Origin: Thermoplasmata archaeon
GTDB lineage: Archaea; Thermoplasmatota; Thermoplasmata; Lutacidiplasmatales; UBA184
Direction: 5' to 3'
Assembly: GCA_030040625.1 (NCBI GenBank)
Contig: JASHTI010000076.1
Location: 1-37,403, forward strand
DNA: 37,403 bases
This document shows positions 10,024 through 20,018 of the stretch, one piece after another; position 1 is the first letter of the stretch; each line of letters begins with the position of its first letter. The notes under the pieces were generated by a model that worked only from the letters and a program-made list of their open reading frames with translations, did not search any database and had not been told where the DNA came from. Both the position numbers and the translations under genes were made by a program.

Positions 10024-10911
10024 CTAGACGAACAGCTCCTCGAGCGGGTTCTCCATCTCCCGGGCCTCCCGGATCTTCGCGCCGCGCTCCATCGCATCCC
10101 GGAGGAGCCCCGGCACCTCCTCCGGTCCGCTGAGCTCCCGGACGTAGTAGTCCCCCTCGCGTCGGAACCCGGGAAGCGCGACGGTCGGCTCGAGCAGCCG
10201 CAGCCCGAGCACGAAGCGGGAGGCGCGGATGTTCTCGATCCGATCGAACAGAGCGATCCGGCCCGCCTTGAGCGCGAGGACGTAGCGGCCGATCTCGCGC
10301 GCCTCGAAGAGGTTGTGCGACGAATAGAGGACGATCCGCTCCTGGCTCAGTCGAAGGATGAGCGTCCGGATCTCGCGCGCCACCTTCGGGTCGAGGTTCG
10401 CCGTCGGCTCGTCGAGCAGGTAGATCGAGCGCTCCCGCAGGAAGAGCCGGGCGATGGAGGCCCGCTTGCGCTGGCCCGCGCTCAGCTGGGAGGGGAACTG
10501 GTCGCTGAACGAGCGGATCTCCAGCTGGTCGAGCACCCGCTCGACATCGGCGGGGCCGGCCCGTTCGACACGTGCGTAGAACTCGAGCGCCTCCCGGACC
10601 CGCAGCCCGTCCGGCAGTCCGTCGACGTGCGAGAGGTAATGGAGGCGATCCCGGGCCGACGCACGGTCGATCGGTTCGCCCCCGATGCGCACCTCCCCGG
10701 CCTGCGGCTGCAGGATCCCCGCGAGCGTCCGGAAGAGCGTCGTCTTGCCCGCGCCGTTCGGACCGAGGACGACGTAGACCGCCGGCTCGGTGATGCGGAA
10801 CGAGATCTCGCGCAGGACCTGCGAGCCGAGGTAGCCGGCGGTGACGTCACGGCAGGCCAGCTCGGCCGCGGCGGTCGGGCCACCGAGGGGTTCGGAGTTC
10901 GGGTCCGTCAC
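10024..10911 (-). CDS. ABC transporter ATP-binding protein
   Basis: Walker A GPNGAGKT, signature LSAGQ, Walker B YLLDEP, H-loop SSH. Likely GTG start at 10911, 8 nt after the permease stop. Confidence 0.93.
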   Translation of the reverse strand: MTDPNSEPLGGPTAAAELACRDVTAGYLGSQVLREISFRITEPAVYVVLGPNGAGKTTLFRTLAGILQPQAGEVRIGGEPIDRASARDRLHYLSHVDGLPDGLRVREALEFYARVERAGPADVERVLDQLEIRSFSDQFPSQLSAGQRKRASIARLFLRERSIYLLDEPTANLDPKVAREIRTLILRLSQERIVLYSSHNLFEAREIGRYVLALKAGRIALFDRIENIRASRFVLGLRLLEPTVALPGFRREGDYYVRELSGPEEVPGLLRDAMERGAKIREAREMENPLEELFV

Positions 10912-10919
10912 GTTCTGCC

Positions 10920-11645
10920 TCAGGCGGGAGAGAGCAGGCGCTCTCGTCGGAGGAGTCGGCCGCTGAGCGCCAGCAAGGTGGCGTCGACCAGTGCGACGGC
11001 CGCGCAGGCGCACACCAGGACGAGGGCCAGGGTGGTCGGTCCCGCGTCCCCCCGGGCGGCGACCACGCCGACCAGGCCGAGGGTCGCCATCGCGGGCAGG
11101 ATCCCGAGCAGCGGGACAAGACCGATGGGGCTGCTCATCCCCTGACGGGGCGACGAGAGGGCGGTCCAGTACATGCCTAGGATCGCCGCGAACCCCGAGC
11201 AGGCGTAGGCCATCGGGACGCCGTAGCCGAACATGGCGACGAGGAGCGGCGCGGTGACCGGCCCACCCGAGAGGGTGTAGAGGGCGGCGCTGGCGCCCAC
11301 GGAGACCGTCAGAACGATCGACACCAGGGCGAGCCCCGTGAGAAGTACGTTCGTGAAGAGCCGCTGCGGGGAGAGGCCGTAGGCGAGCAGGTACTCGAGC
11401 ACCCCCTTCGTCCGATCGTTCGTGAAGACGAGGAGGCCCCCCATCGAACCGACGGTCCCGAAGATCGGGAGCAGGAGCGGGAAGGTCGTCCCGTACGTGG
11501 TGCGCGAGGTGACCACGAGCACGAGGCCCAGGAAGGTCGCGACGCCCGTCCCGTAGACGAGGAAGAATCGTCCGCTCACCGAGGCCCTTCGCAGCGTGAC
11601 CGGAAGCAGGGAGACCGGCGGCTCGGACGGAGATGCGGTGGCCAT
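10920..11645 (-). CDS. ABC-2 type transporter permease
   Basis: About 6 TM helices, DRTKGVLEYLLA motif, directly upstream of the ABC ATPase. Confidence 0.85.
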   Translation of the reverse strand: MATASPSEPPVSLLPVTLRRASVSGRFFLVYGTGVATFLGLVLVVTSRTTYGTTFPLLLPIFGTVGSMGGLLVFTNDRTKGVLEYLLAYGLSPQRLFTNVLLTGLALVSIVLTVSVGASAALYTLSGGPVTAPLLVAMFGYGVPMAYACSGFAAILGMYWTALSSPRQGMSSPIGLVPLLGILPAMATLGLVGVVAARGDAGPTTLALVLVCACAAVALVDATLLALSGRLLRRERLLSPA

Positions 11646-11726
11646 CCCGCGCGACGACCATCTCCCGCGGCGATAAGCGGTGCGGAGGGAGCCGGCGCTA
11701 GGTGAGGGACCCGGGCCGAGGTCGGC

Positions 11727-12731
11727 TCAGCTGGTGTCCGACGTCCGCTTGAGCACGGTCAGCGCCCGGAGGGTGAGCCAGCGGCTCGGGGCTCCGGCCC
11801 GCTCGATGACGAGCGGCCGAACCTTGCTCATGTCCGAGTAGATGCGCAAGCCGGGCCCGAGGTCGGGCGGGACCTTGTCGATGGCCCAGCTCCCATCGGG
11901 CCGACGCTTCGCGCGGAGCAGCGCGAGGGCCGGGCGCAGCCGCCGATCCGCCGCGAATCCAAGGTCCGTGAGGACGTCAAGGCCGACGAGGATGTCGTAG
12001 AAGTAGTGATTCGGATAGTGCAAGCGGAACCACGGCGGATACCGGCGGCCTTCCTCGAAGAGCTTGCGTTCCAGGTAGAACTCGGCCCCCCGCGCGATCG
12101 CCTTCTCCATCCGGGGAGATCGCTTCGGCGGCGGGACCGCGGCGAACGCGGCGAGCGGCTCCCAGGCGTCGAGAGTGCCGGGCGTCCCCTGCGAGCAGTT
12201 CCATCCGCCGTCCTCCCGCTGGTCTTCGAGGATCCAGTCGAAGAGCCTCTGCACCCGGGGATCGTCGCCGTAGCCGAAGCGCGTGAGCATCCGCGCGGTG
12301 TTCGCCGCGATGCAGGTCTCCTCGTGAAAGAAGTTGTACGGAGAGCTCAGCCGGAGCTTCTGCTCGAAGAAGACCTCGGCGATCCGCCGGATCCGCGCGT
12401 CGGACGCGTCGAGCCCGAGGTCGCTGAGGACGAGCGCCCGCCAATTCGTGGTCTGGTACGGCGGGAAGTAGAGGAAGTCCACCCACTCGCGTAGGTTCCG
12501 GGGCGCCCGGCGCTCCCAGTACCCCCGGGGCCCGAGCTGCTCCAGCTGCTCGGCGGCCCACCCGACGCGCGCGATGCGGCCCCGGGCCCGGCGAACCTCC
12601 GGATCATCGACCGGCCGGTCGCGGAGCTCCCGCAGCGCCCGGTACCGCACCGCCGGTTGGCACTCTTCCAGGAGCCAGCGTAGGGTCCGCTCGTCCCGGT
12701 CCGCGTCGGTCGCGGGAGGACGGTCCGTCAT
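11727..12731 (-). CDS. Prenyltransferase/squalene-cyclase-like alpha-alpha toroid protein
   Basis: QREDGGWNC and RRPDGSW repeat-like motifs; WLLE..PAVRY; PSRWLTLRAL. Confidence 0.75.
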   Translation of the reverse strand: MTDRPPATDADRDERTLRWLLEECQPAVRYRALRELRDRPVDDPEVRRARGRIARVGWAAEQLEQLGPRGYWERRAPRNLREWVDFLYFPPYQTTNWRALVLSDLGLDASDARIRRIAEVFFEQKLRLSSPYNFFHEETCIAANTARMLTRFGYGDDPRVQRLFDWILEDQREDGGWNCSQGTPGTLDAWEPLAAFAAVPPPKRSPRMEKAIARGAEFYLERKLFEEGRRYPPWFRLHYPNHYFYDILVGLDVLTDLGFAADRRLRPALALLRAKRRPDGSWAIDKVPPDLGPGLRIYSDMSKVRPLVIERAGAPSRWLTLRALTVLKRTSDTS

Positions 12732-12748
12732 GGTTGGTGGGCGTCGGC

Positions 12749-13138
12749 CTAGCGTTGGACGTGCCGCAGCACGAACTCGTTGCCGTCCGGGTCCGCGAAG
12801 ACCCCGAGGGTCACGGTTCCCATCACGGCGGGAAAGCTCCGCGTCTCCGCAACGATCGTACCGCCGCGCCGCCGGATCTCCTCGAGCGCAGCGGCCGGAT
12901 CCGGATGGGAGAAGATGACGCCCGAAACGGTGCCGGGCTCGCGTCCTCCCTCGCCCTCGCGCTGGAGATGCATCGTGAGCTGCACGGAGGTGCCCGGGAG
13001 GGCGAACGCCGCACGCGACGCCTCGGGATGATAGCTGATCTCCTTCAGCCCGAGGACCTCGGCGTAGAACTTCCGCGCCTTCTCGATGTCGCGTATGTGG
13101 ACCGTGACCGCCTCCAACCCCTCGATGACCCGCTCCAT
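12749..13138 (-). CDS. VOC/glyoxalase family protein
   Basis: VHIRDIEKARKFYAEVLG and FADPDGN motifs. Confidence 0.9.
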   Translation of the reverse strand: MERVIEGLEAVTVHIRDIEKARKFYAEVLGLKEISYHPEASRAAFALPGTSVQLTMHLQREGEGGREPGTVSGVIFSHPDPAAALEEIRRRGGTIVAETRSFPAVMGTVTLGVFADPDGNEFVLRHVQR

Positions 13139-13222
13139 CCTCCCACCCGGTCGGCTTCCAGGGGCCGGCGGTTCGTAACGCTTGCCGGCGCGCCCCGGAG
13201 CGGTCGCGCCTGCTGGGTGCCG

Positions 13223-13528
13223 TCAGGAGCCCGCCGTGTAGCGTGCCCGCGCGAGTTCCACGCGGTCGCGCCGGAGCGGAACGCCCTCACTCCGGAGGAG
13301 CTCCAGCTGACGCTCCCCCATCGCCGGCCGGCCGTCGGAACGGACGACCCGGTGCCACGGGAGCTCCTCCTGGGTCGTCGCCAGCACGTAGCCGACCCGT
13401 CGCGGGGCGACCCGGTCGATGTCGGCATACGTCGAGACCGAGCCGCGGGGAATCTCGCGGACCCGTTCGACGACCATTGCCTCGAACTCCGCGTGCGATC
13501 GGACTCGCCGTCGGCCCCGGGCGGTCAT
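13223..13528 (-). CDS. Alkyltransferase-like (ATL, YbaZ/Atl1-type) MGMT family protein
   Basis: IPRGSVSTYADI, PRRVG, PWHRVV (Trp in place of the catalytic Cys of PCHR), QLELLRSEGV. Confidence 0.9.
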   Translation of the reverse strand: MTARGRRRVRSHAEFEAMVVERVREIPRGSVSTYADIDRVAPRRVGYVLATTQEELPWHRVVRSDGRPAMGERQLELLRSEGVPLRRDRVELARARYTAGS

Positions 13529-13678
13529 CGCAGGGGTCTGCGATGTCGCCCTGCTCCTTCAGCGTAGCGTGTCGCGAGCCGGCCGGCACGCCGGGCTTCC
13601 GAGCGTCGATCCCGAGGCCCCCTGCGAACCGGTCCGGCCGTGAAGAAGGGCTAATGAGCCGCGAGGCGAGGCAGGGTC

Positions 13679-13870
13679 GTGCCTGGAACGGCAGCGGAGC
13701 CGGAGTCACCCCGGGGTGGATCGGCCAGCGAGGCCGCTCTCCGCGACCTGGCCGAGCAGCTCGAGCGCGCCCAGGACGCCATTGAGTCGCTCGTCAATCG
13801 GACCAACACCCTGGTCCACCTCCTCGATATCCTCAACAAGCGGGTCGATCGCCTCGAGTCGCAGAAGTGA
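13679..13870 (+). CDS. Small coiled-coil hypothetical protein
   Basis: Heptad pattern LAEQLERAQDAIESLVNRTNTLVHLLDILNKRVDRLE; fills an intergenic gap; GCTAAT about 24 nt upstream. Confidence 0.6.
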   Translation: MPGTAAEPESPRGGSASEAALRDLAEQLERAQDAIESLVNRTNTLVHLLDILNKRVDRLESQK

Positions 13871-14078
13871 GCCCACCTGATCGCGGGCCTCGCGGCCCAC
13901 GGACGGGAGCCAGCACCCTCACTCGTTCCGGCGCCTGCCGGCCCGAACAGTGGGGTTGCGCGGAGCGCCGGGTGGGTACGACCGCCCCAGAGCCGAAGCC
14001 TTCGACGTGGGGCGCGGCCTGGCCGTTGGGGAATAATCTCGCCGAGGGTTTATCCCGCGGCGGACCGAGAGCCCCCCG

Positions 14079-15824
14079 ATGGCGGCGGATGTCCGTGCGG
14101 ATCGGCGCTGGGGCCTGAGCGGCGCGGGTCGGGTGAGGGGATCGGCTCACCTCGGGATCGGCGCCGTCCTCCTGCTCGTCTCGCTGCTCGGCGCCGGCGT
14201 TCTCGCCGGGGTGGTCGGGGCGAACGCACCCCCGCCGCGGGCCCAATCCGTCGGCCCGATCTCGGAGCCCGCCGATCGCACGGTGGCGGGCTCGGGGGCC
14301 GCCGGCCTCACGCTTTCGATCATCGGGAACCTCGCGGTCGGCAGCGGGCTCCCGCCGCCGGTCTACGACCCCGTGAACGGCTACGTCTACGCTGCGGGAG
14401 TCCGGCCCGGCGGTGACACCGGGGGCGGGCCCCCGTCGGACGGCCTCGTCACCGTGGTTTCCGGCCTTGCGTCGGTCGCCCGCCTCCCGGTCGGCGGGGT
14501 GCCGACGCAGCTCGCCCTCGACACTCAGAACGGCTACCTCTATGTGGCCGGTAACGGGACCGCCAACGACACCCCGATCACCGTGATCAGCGGGACCTCG
14601 ATCCTGGCGGCGATCCCGGACACCCCGTGTGCGGTCGGGGCCGCTTACGATCCCGCCGACGGCTTCGTGTACGTCGCCTCGTGCCGGGGCAACGTCACCG
14701 TGGTCAACGGCACGGCCGTCGCCGGCGCCATCGCACTGCCCGTGGGCAGCTGCCCGAACGGAGTAGGGTATGATCCGGAGCTTGGCGACGCCTACGTCTC
14801 CGACGCTTGTCGAAACGTTCTCGACCTCCTGAACGGCACCGCGGCCGATGGCGACATCGGCGTCGCGGGAGGCCCTTTCCCCGGCGCGTTCGATCCGTCG
14901 AACGGCCTGCTGTACATCCCCTGTGAGGATTCCCCGGGCGTCGTCTCGGTGGTCGAGGGCACGAGCACGATCGCGACGGTCACGGTCGGCATCAACCCGA
15001 TCTCGGCGACCTACGACAGTGCCAACGGCCTGATCTACGTCCCGAATCAGGGGATAGGAGACGCCGGAGGGGTCGCCAACCTCACCCTGATCAACGGGAC
15101 GACCCGGGCGGCCATCGTCTACGCCGGGCCGTATCCATCGTCCAACGTCGCGGTCTCGGTCCAGTACGCGAACGGCTCGGGTTACGTATTCCCGACCGAT
15201 GGTGGTCCGCTGGTGGCGATCGCCGGCAAGTCGGTCGCCGCCACCCTCCCGATCCCCGGCGGTGCCGTGGGCCTCGCCTTCGACCCCGAGGACCAGTACC
15301 TCTACATCACATCGTACCCGAACGCCGGCGCCGACACGACGAACCTCAGCATCGTCGCCTGCACGTCCTGCCTGGCGGTGACGATCGCGGAGGTCGGAAG
15401 CCCGGACGGTGCCTCCTGGGGCCTCACCGCCTCGGAGCCGAGCACCTGGTTCGCCGAGCAGGCCACCGCGGCGGCCCCGGCGACCATCACGTTGCATCTC
15501 GTCGCGGGTACGTACGCCCTGGGGCTGATCGCCGCTCCCGGAACCTCGATCCGGGTCCTCGCCGGGGAGGCGGACCTCCTGGACGCCGGCGGCAGGATCC
15601 AGGTCGGGCCCGCGACCCCCCCGAGCGGGGGCCGCGCCGCCCCGTTAGGGCTCGACGCGCTCCGCGGATGGGTCCTGGCCGCTGGGTCGGCCGCCCTCGC
15701 GAGCGGAGCGGTCGTAGCGCTGGTCGCGATGCGCCGTCGGAACCGAGACGCCGCGGAGCTGATCGAGGGCATGAACCGGGCGATCGCCGACGACCCGGCC
15801 GCCGCCGGACGTCTGCTCCGATGA
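14079..15824 (+). CDS. YVTN/YncE-type beta-propeller surface protein
   Basis: Repeated (Y/F)DPxNGxxYV blades, N-terminal hydrophobic segment, C-terminal TM followed by RRR; TTTATC at 14049-14054. Confidence 0.9.
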   Translation: MAADVRADRRWGLSGAGRVRGSAHLGIGAVLLLVSLLGAGVLAGVVGANAPPPRAQSVGPISEPADRTVAGSGAAGLTLSIIGNLAVGSGLPPPVYDPVNGYVYAAGVRPGGDTGGGPPSDGLVTVVSGLASVARLPVGGVPTQLALDTQNGYLYVAGNGTANDTPITVISGTSILAAIPDTPCAVGAAYDPADGFVYVASCRGNVTVVNGTAVAGAIALPVGSCPNGVGYDPELGDAYVSDACRNVLDLLNGTAADGDIGVAGGPFPGAFDPSNGLLYIPCEDSPGVVSVVEGTSTIATVTVGINPISATYDSANGLIYVPNQGIGDAGGVANLTLINGTTRAAIVYAGPYPSSNVAVSVQYANGSGYVFPTDGGPLVAIAGKSVAATLPIPGGAVGLAFDPEDQYLYITSYPNAGADTTNLSIVACTSCLAVTIAEVGSPDGASWGLTASEPSTWFAEQATAAAPATITLHLVAGTYALGLIAAPGTSIRVLAGEADLLDAGGRIQVGPATPPSGGRAAPLGLDALRGWVLAAGSAALASGAVVALVAMRRRNRDAAELIEGMNRAIADDPAAAGRLLR

Positions 15825-15981
15825 GCCGGTCGGATCCGGGAACCGGGGGAACCGGCGTCCGCGCACCGGTCACTCGGCTTCGATCGCCCCTCGGCGCAGG
15901 TCGTACCGGCCCGGCGAAGAGCGAGGACGGCGGCCGACGGGCCGCGCAAGCTAGCAGGCTGCACCCTCACCAGGGGTCCGG

Positions 15982-16395
15982 GTGACGGCTCCTCCGACCC
16001 CACCCGCCGAGGCGGTCGATGGGTTGGCAGCGGAACTCGCGCGCCCGGCGGTCGGCGGCACGAATCGCGACGTGGCCGCGGCTTCGTCGACCCCGCCCCA
16101 CGTTCAGCTGGCCCTGCGCCTCATGGCCCGCCTGGCGAGTGTGGGCCCGCCCCTGGAGAGCGGCCTCGGGCGCGACGGGGCGACCCAGCGGGGACTCGCC
16201 CACGCCCTCGGCGCGAGTCAGGGGGCGGTCTCCAAGGTCCTCCGCCAGTTGACCAGGCTCGCGTTGGTGCGAAGCGAGAGGCAGCACGTCCCGGGACGGC
16301 TCCTCCGGGTAACGGTGTACTCGCTGACACGCCGTGGGGAACTGTGGGTCCAGGCCGCCCGAGAGAAGGCGACCTCCGCGAGCACCCGACGCTAG
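15982..16395 (+). CDS. MarR-like winged-helix DNA-binding protein
   Basis: TQRGLAHALGASQGAVSKVLRQL HTH; wing ending in YSLTRRG. Confidence 0.8.
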   Translation: MTAPPTPPAEAVDGLAAELARPAVGGTNRDVAAASSTPPHVQLALRLMARLASVGPPLESGLGRDGATQRGLAHALGASQGAVSKVLRQLTRLALVRSERQHVPGRLLRVTVYSLTRRGELWVQAAREKATSASTRR

Positions 16396-16471
16396 ACGGG
16401 CGTCTCGGACGATCTCACGGCCCGCACCGCTAAGCCCATGAGCGCCCGGGACGCCTCTCGCGGGCGCCGGC

Positions 16472-18262
16472 ATGGAGCGTTCGCAGGGACCCAACGGAGG
16501 GCCGAGCGCCGCGGAGTGGGGGACCCCCGCCGAGGTGAGCGCCTACCGGGAGACTCCGGACTACCGCGGCACGCTGGCGTTCCTCGAGCGCCTCGCCGGC
16601 GCGCGGCCCGGGATGCTCCGCCTCGAGAGCTTCGGTCGGAGCGGCGAGGGGCGGGAGCTCACGCTCGCGATCGTCTCCCGCGATGGGGTCTTTGAACCGG
16701 AGGCGGTCCGCGCTTCCGGCCGTGCCGTCCTGCTGGTCCAGAACTGCATCCACGCCGGTGAGACGGACGGGAAGGACGCCTCGCTGGCGCTGCTCCGGGA
16801 CCTCGTCGTGGGGCCGAAGGGTCCGGGCTTGCTGGAACACGTGGTCCTCCTCTGCGTGCCCGTCTACAACGTCGACGGCCACGAGCGGCGGGGTGCCCAC
16901 CAGCGCATCAACCAGAACGGGCCGGAGATCGTCGGATGGCGGGCCAACGGGACGAACCTCAACCTGAACCGCGACTACCAGAAGGCCGAGGCGCCCGAGA
17001 CCCGGGCCTTCCTGCGGATGTTCCACCGCTGGCTCCCGGACTTCTTCGTTGACAACCACGTCACCGACGGGAGCGATTTCCAGTACGACGTGACGTTCGC
17101 GCTCGACAGCGGCCCGGACGTCCATCCCCCGGTCGGCGCCTGGCTCCGGGAGTCGGTCGCCCCCGGGATCGTGGCGCACGTCGCTGCCGGTGGCCATCTC
17201 GCCTTCCCCGGGCAGGTCTTCCTCCGGGACGAGAGCGACCCGGCGCAGGGACTCCTCGCCTACGAGAACCCACCGCGCTTCTCGACCGGCCAGATGGTCG
17301 TGGAGAACCGGCCGGGCCTGCTGGTGGAGATGCACATGCTCAAGGATTATCGAACGCGCGTCACCGGCAACTACCTGGTCCTCGAGTCCGTGCTGCAACG
17401 GCTGAACCAGGATGCGGAGACCCTGCGGCGGCTCAACCAGGAGGCGGACCTCGCGGCCGCCCGACTCGGCGGCGAACCCACGCCGTTTCCCCTGGTCGTG
17501 ACGGACACCGGCGAGACCCGCCCCGTGGAGTTCCGGGGCCGGCGCTACACCCGTTTCCCGAGCGAGATATCCGGAACTACGGCGATCCGCTACGGGCCGG
17601 AGCCCTGGGACACCACGCTGCCGATGGGAGTGTCCGGTGCGATCGCCTTGACGGTCCGGCCCCCCCTCGGCTACATCCTACCCCCGGCCTGGAGCCGCGT
17701 CATCGAGGTCCTCGAGGCGCACGGAGTGACGCTCCGGCGAACGCGGGCCGAGTGGACCGGGCCGGTCGAGCGGTACCGACTCGCCGGACTGGAGCGGCCG
17801 AGGCAGCCGTTCGAGGGGCGGTACCCGATCCTCCGCGCGAGCCCCGTGGAGCCGGCGTTCGGACGGTTCGGTAGCTGCGTGGCGGTCTCCGAGACCGCCA
17901 CGTATGCGGCCGGCGCCGTCGTCGTCGGCCTCGACCAGCGGCTCGCCCGGTTCGTCGTCCACTGGCTGGAGCCGGAGGCGCCCGACTCGGCGCTGCGGTG
18001 GGGGTTCTTCGACCCGATCTTCGAACGGAAGGAGTCGGCCGAGCCGTACGTCCTCGAGGCCCAGGCCGCTGACGCGATGGGCCGAGACCCCCAACTTCGG
18101 CGCGAGTTCGAGGAACGGATCCGGTCCGAACCGGGGTTCGCTTCGAGCCCGACCGCCCGTCTCGACTTCTTCTTCGACCGCTCGGAGTGGGGCCGGGCGA
18201 ACCGGGTCGGTGAGTATCCGGTCGGCCGGCTCCGGACCTTGGACGGGATCCCTCTCGCCTAG
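16472..18262 (+). CDS. M14 family zinc carboxypeptidase
   Basis: IHAGE (HxxE), NVDG, NLNRD and DNH zinc-ligand motifs. Confidence 0.92.
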   Translation: MERSQGPNGGPSAAEWGTPAEVSAYRETPDYRGTLAFLERLAGARPGMLRLESFGRSGEGRELTLAIVSRDGVFEPEAVRASGRAVLLVQNCIHAGETDGKDASLALLRDLVVGPKGPGLLEHVVLLCVPVYNVDGHERRGAHQRINQNGPEIVGWRANGTNLNLNRDYQKAEAPETRAFLRMFHRWLPDFFVDNHVTDGSDFQYDVTFALDSGPDVHPPVGAWLRESVAPGIVAHVAAGGHLAFPGQVFLRDESDPAQGLLAYENPPRFSTGQMVVENRPGLLVEMHMLKDYRTRVTGNYLVLESVLQRLNQDAETLRRLNQEADLAAARLGGEPTPFPLVVTDTGETRPVEFRGRRYTRFPSEISGTTAIRYGPEPWDTTLPMGVSGAIALTVRPPLGYILPPAWSRVIEVLEAHGVTLRRTRAEWTGPVERYRLAGLERPRQPFEGRYPILRASPVEPAFGRFGSCVAVSETATYAAGAVVVGLDQRLARFVVHWLEPEAPDSALRWGFFDPIFERKESAEPYVLEAQAADAMGRDPQLRREFEERIRSEPGFASSPTARLDFFFDRSEWGRANRVGEYPVGRLRTLDGIPLA

Positions 18263-18321
18263 GAGCGCGGCGGGCGCCCGCCGACGCCGGAGCACCGGCG
18301 ATGCCTCGCAGCGTCGGCCGC

Positions 18322-18795
18322 TCAGAGCACCGTGACCGAATAGGTCCCCGAGACCGAGACGTTCGCGGGGGCGTAGACCGCCCAGGTGATGAACTGGTAC
18401 CAGCCGTCGCCGCCGGACTCGAAGGAGAACGTTCCCGAACTGGAGGTCGTCTGGCTGTAGCAGCAGGTGGTCGCGTTCCCGTGGACCTGGAAGAGCACCT
18501 GGACCGCTCCGGAGGAGGTCCAACTGCCCCGTACCTCGGCGTCGTGGGGGAACTGCAGGGAGCGCCCCTCTTGGCCGTCCGTCCCCGCGGCCAGGTGCGC
18601 CGAGAACGGGTGGGAGACCAGTGGGACGAAGGCGAGCACCGCGACGGCGACGCTCGCCGCGATCCCGACGACGAGGGCGACGGCGGCGAGCCGGTCCCAT
18701 CGGAACGCGGCGTGAAGCGGCCCGCCGCACCGGCCGCAGACCCGATCGGGCGGAGGCGTCAGCTCTCCGCAGCGCCGACAGATGCGCGCCACCAC
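18322..18795 (-). CDS. Zinc-ribbon + single-TM hypothetical protein
   Basis: CRRC...CGRC ribbon, TM LAAVALVVGIAASVAVAVLAFV, small beta-rich C-terminal domain. GTG 18795 follows GGGGAG; alternative ATG at 18834. Confidence 0.7.
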   Translation of the reverse strand: MVARICRRCGELTPPPDRVCGRCGGPLHAAFRWDRLAAVALVVGIAASVAVAVLAFVPLVSHPFSAHLAAGTDGQEGRSLQFPHDAEVRGSWTSSGAVQVLFQVHGNATTCCYSQTTSSSGTFSFESGGDGWYQFITWAVYAPANVSVSGTYSVTVL

Positions 18796-18995
18796 GGCTC
18801 CCCCTGTCCGCCCGGGCACCGTCTCCGGGCTCATCAAGCTGACAGCGTATCGCGAGGTCCCGCGGTCGGGCACGCCGCACGAAGGGGGGACGTCGCGCCC
18901 GGCTCGGCGCCGGCCCACGCACCGTCGCCTCTCTTCGATGGGTGCCGGGCCGCCTTTATCTTGAGGCCGGGGTGGAGACCGAGGGGCGTCCTTCC

Positions 18996-19445
18996 ATGCC
19001 GCACGAGGAGACCCGGACCGTCGACCACCAGTATCTGATCCGGGCCTCCCCGGAGCGCGTCTTTGAGGCGCTCACCGATCCCAAGCTCCTCGTCCGCTGG
19101 CTCGCCGACCAGGCCGAGCTGGCGGCGCGCCCGGGAGGGAGCTACCGTCTCGGCTGGACCGATGGCCCCACGCACACCGGCACGATCGTCGAGCTTGAGG
19201 CGGGCCGGGCCGTCGCCCTCTCCTGGGAGTGGCCTGGTGTGACCCTGAGGGGGACGATCCTCCGATTCTCGGTCGAGCCGAGCGGCGAGGGGACCCTCCT
19301 CAAGATCCAGCACACCGGATTCCCGAAGAGGGAGGAGTGGGTCGAGCTCTACGGGGGGGCGGAGTGGGGCTGGACCTACTTCGCGATGAACCTCAAGGCA
19401 CTGCTGGAGACCGGCCACGATCTTCGTTCCCCCAGGGACGGCTGA
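18996..19445 (+). CDS. SRPBCC (Aha1/START-like) domain protein
   Basis: IRASPERVFEALTDP..L.RW, PGGSY, GW..F..NLK motifs. Confidence 0.9.
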   Translation: MPHEETRTVDHQYLIRASPERVFEALTDPKLLVRWLADQAELAARPGGSYRLGWTDGPTHTGTIVELEAGRAVALSWEWPGVTLRGTILRFSVEPSGEGTLLKIQHTGFPKREEWVELYGGAEWGWTYFAMNLKALLETGHDLRSPRDG

Positions 19446-19487
19446 GGACGGGCCCGTTCACCCGCGCCGCCTCGGCGCACGGAGCCG

Positions 19488-20018
19488 CTAGCGCGAGGCC
19501 GAGGAGTTAGCGGCCGGACGGACCCACGGAGGGGCCGGCAGCTCCGTGCCGTCCAGCTGGGCGGCCAATCGATCGAGAAGGACCCGCATCCCCCGGACGA
19601 AGATCTCGGCGGTGGGGCGCGAGAGCCGCCGGTGGGTCATGATCAGCAGCGTGCCCGCTCCGCTCGGGCTCAGCTCCCACCGCACGGCCGACCGTTCCCC
19701 ACCGGGCTGGCCGGGGCTGGGAGGCAGGTTCCACTCGTACTCGTAGGCCGAAGGGGGCCGCCACTCGAGCACTCGACCGGTGGCGTGCACCCCGTTCGGG
19801 TGCTCCATCTCGAGGCGCCCCCCCACTCCCGGCTCGCGACGTACCTCGGCCATGAACCACTTCGAGATCGCCCGTGGCTCGGTGATCGCTTCCCAGACGA
19901 CCTCCACCGGGTGCCCGAGCCAACGTCGGAACGTCAGGCAGGCCCCGTCTCCCTCGGCTTCGAGCGTCCCGGGAGCCCCCTTGTCGGCCCCGCCACGGGC
20001 CGGCGTCGCCCCGCTCAT
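19488..20018 (-). CDS. SRPBCC (Aha1-like) domain protein
   Basis: HPVEVVWEAITEP..ISKWF; ATGA overlap with the upstream ArsR gene. Confidence 0.9.
   Translation of the reverse strand: MSGATPARGGADKGAPGTLEAEGDGACLTFRRWLGHPVEVVWEAITEPRAISKWFMAEVRREPGVGGRLEMEHPNGVHATGRVLEWRPPSAYEYEWNLPPSPGQPGGERSAVRWELSPSGAGTLLIMTHRRLSRPTAEIFVRGMRVLLDRLAAQLDGTELPAPPWVRPAANSSASR

Noticed and set aside
10912..11661. Long N-terminal extension of the ABC ATPase in the ORF track
   Set aside because: It overlaps the permease in another frame and is compositionally a shadow sequence; the true start is probably GTG 10911.
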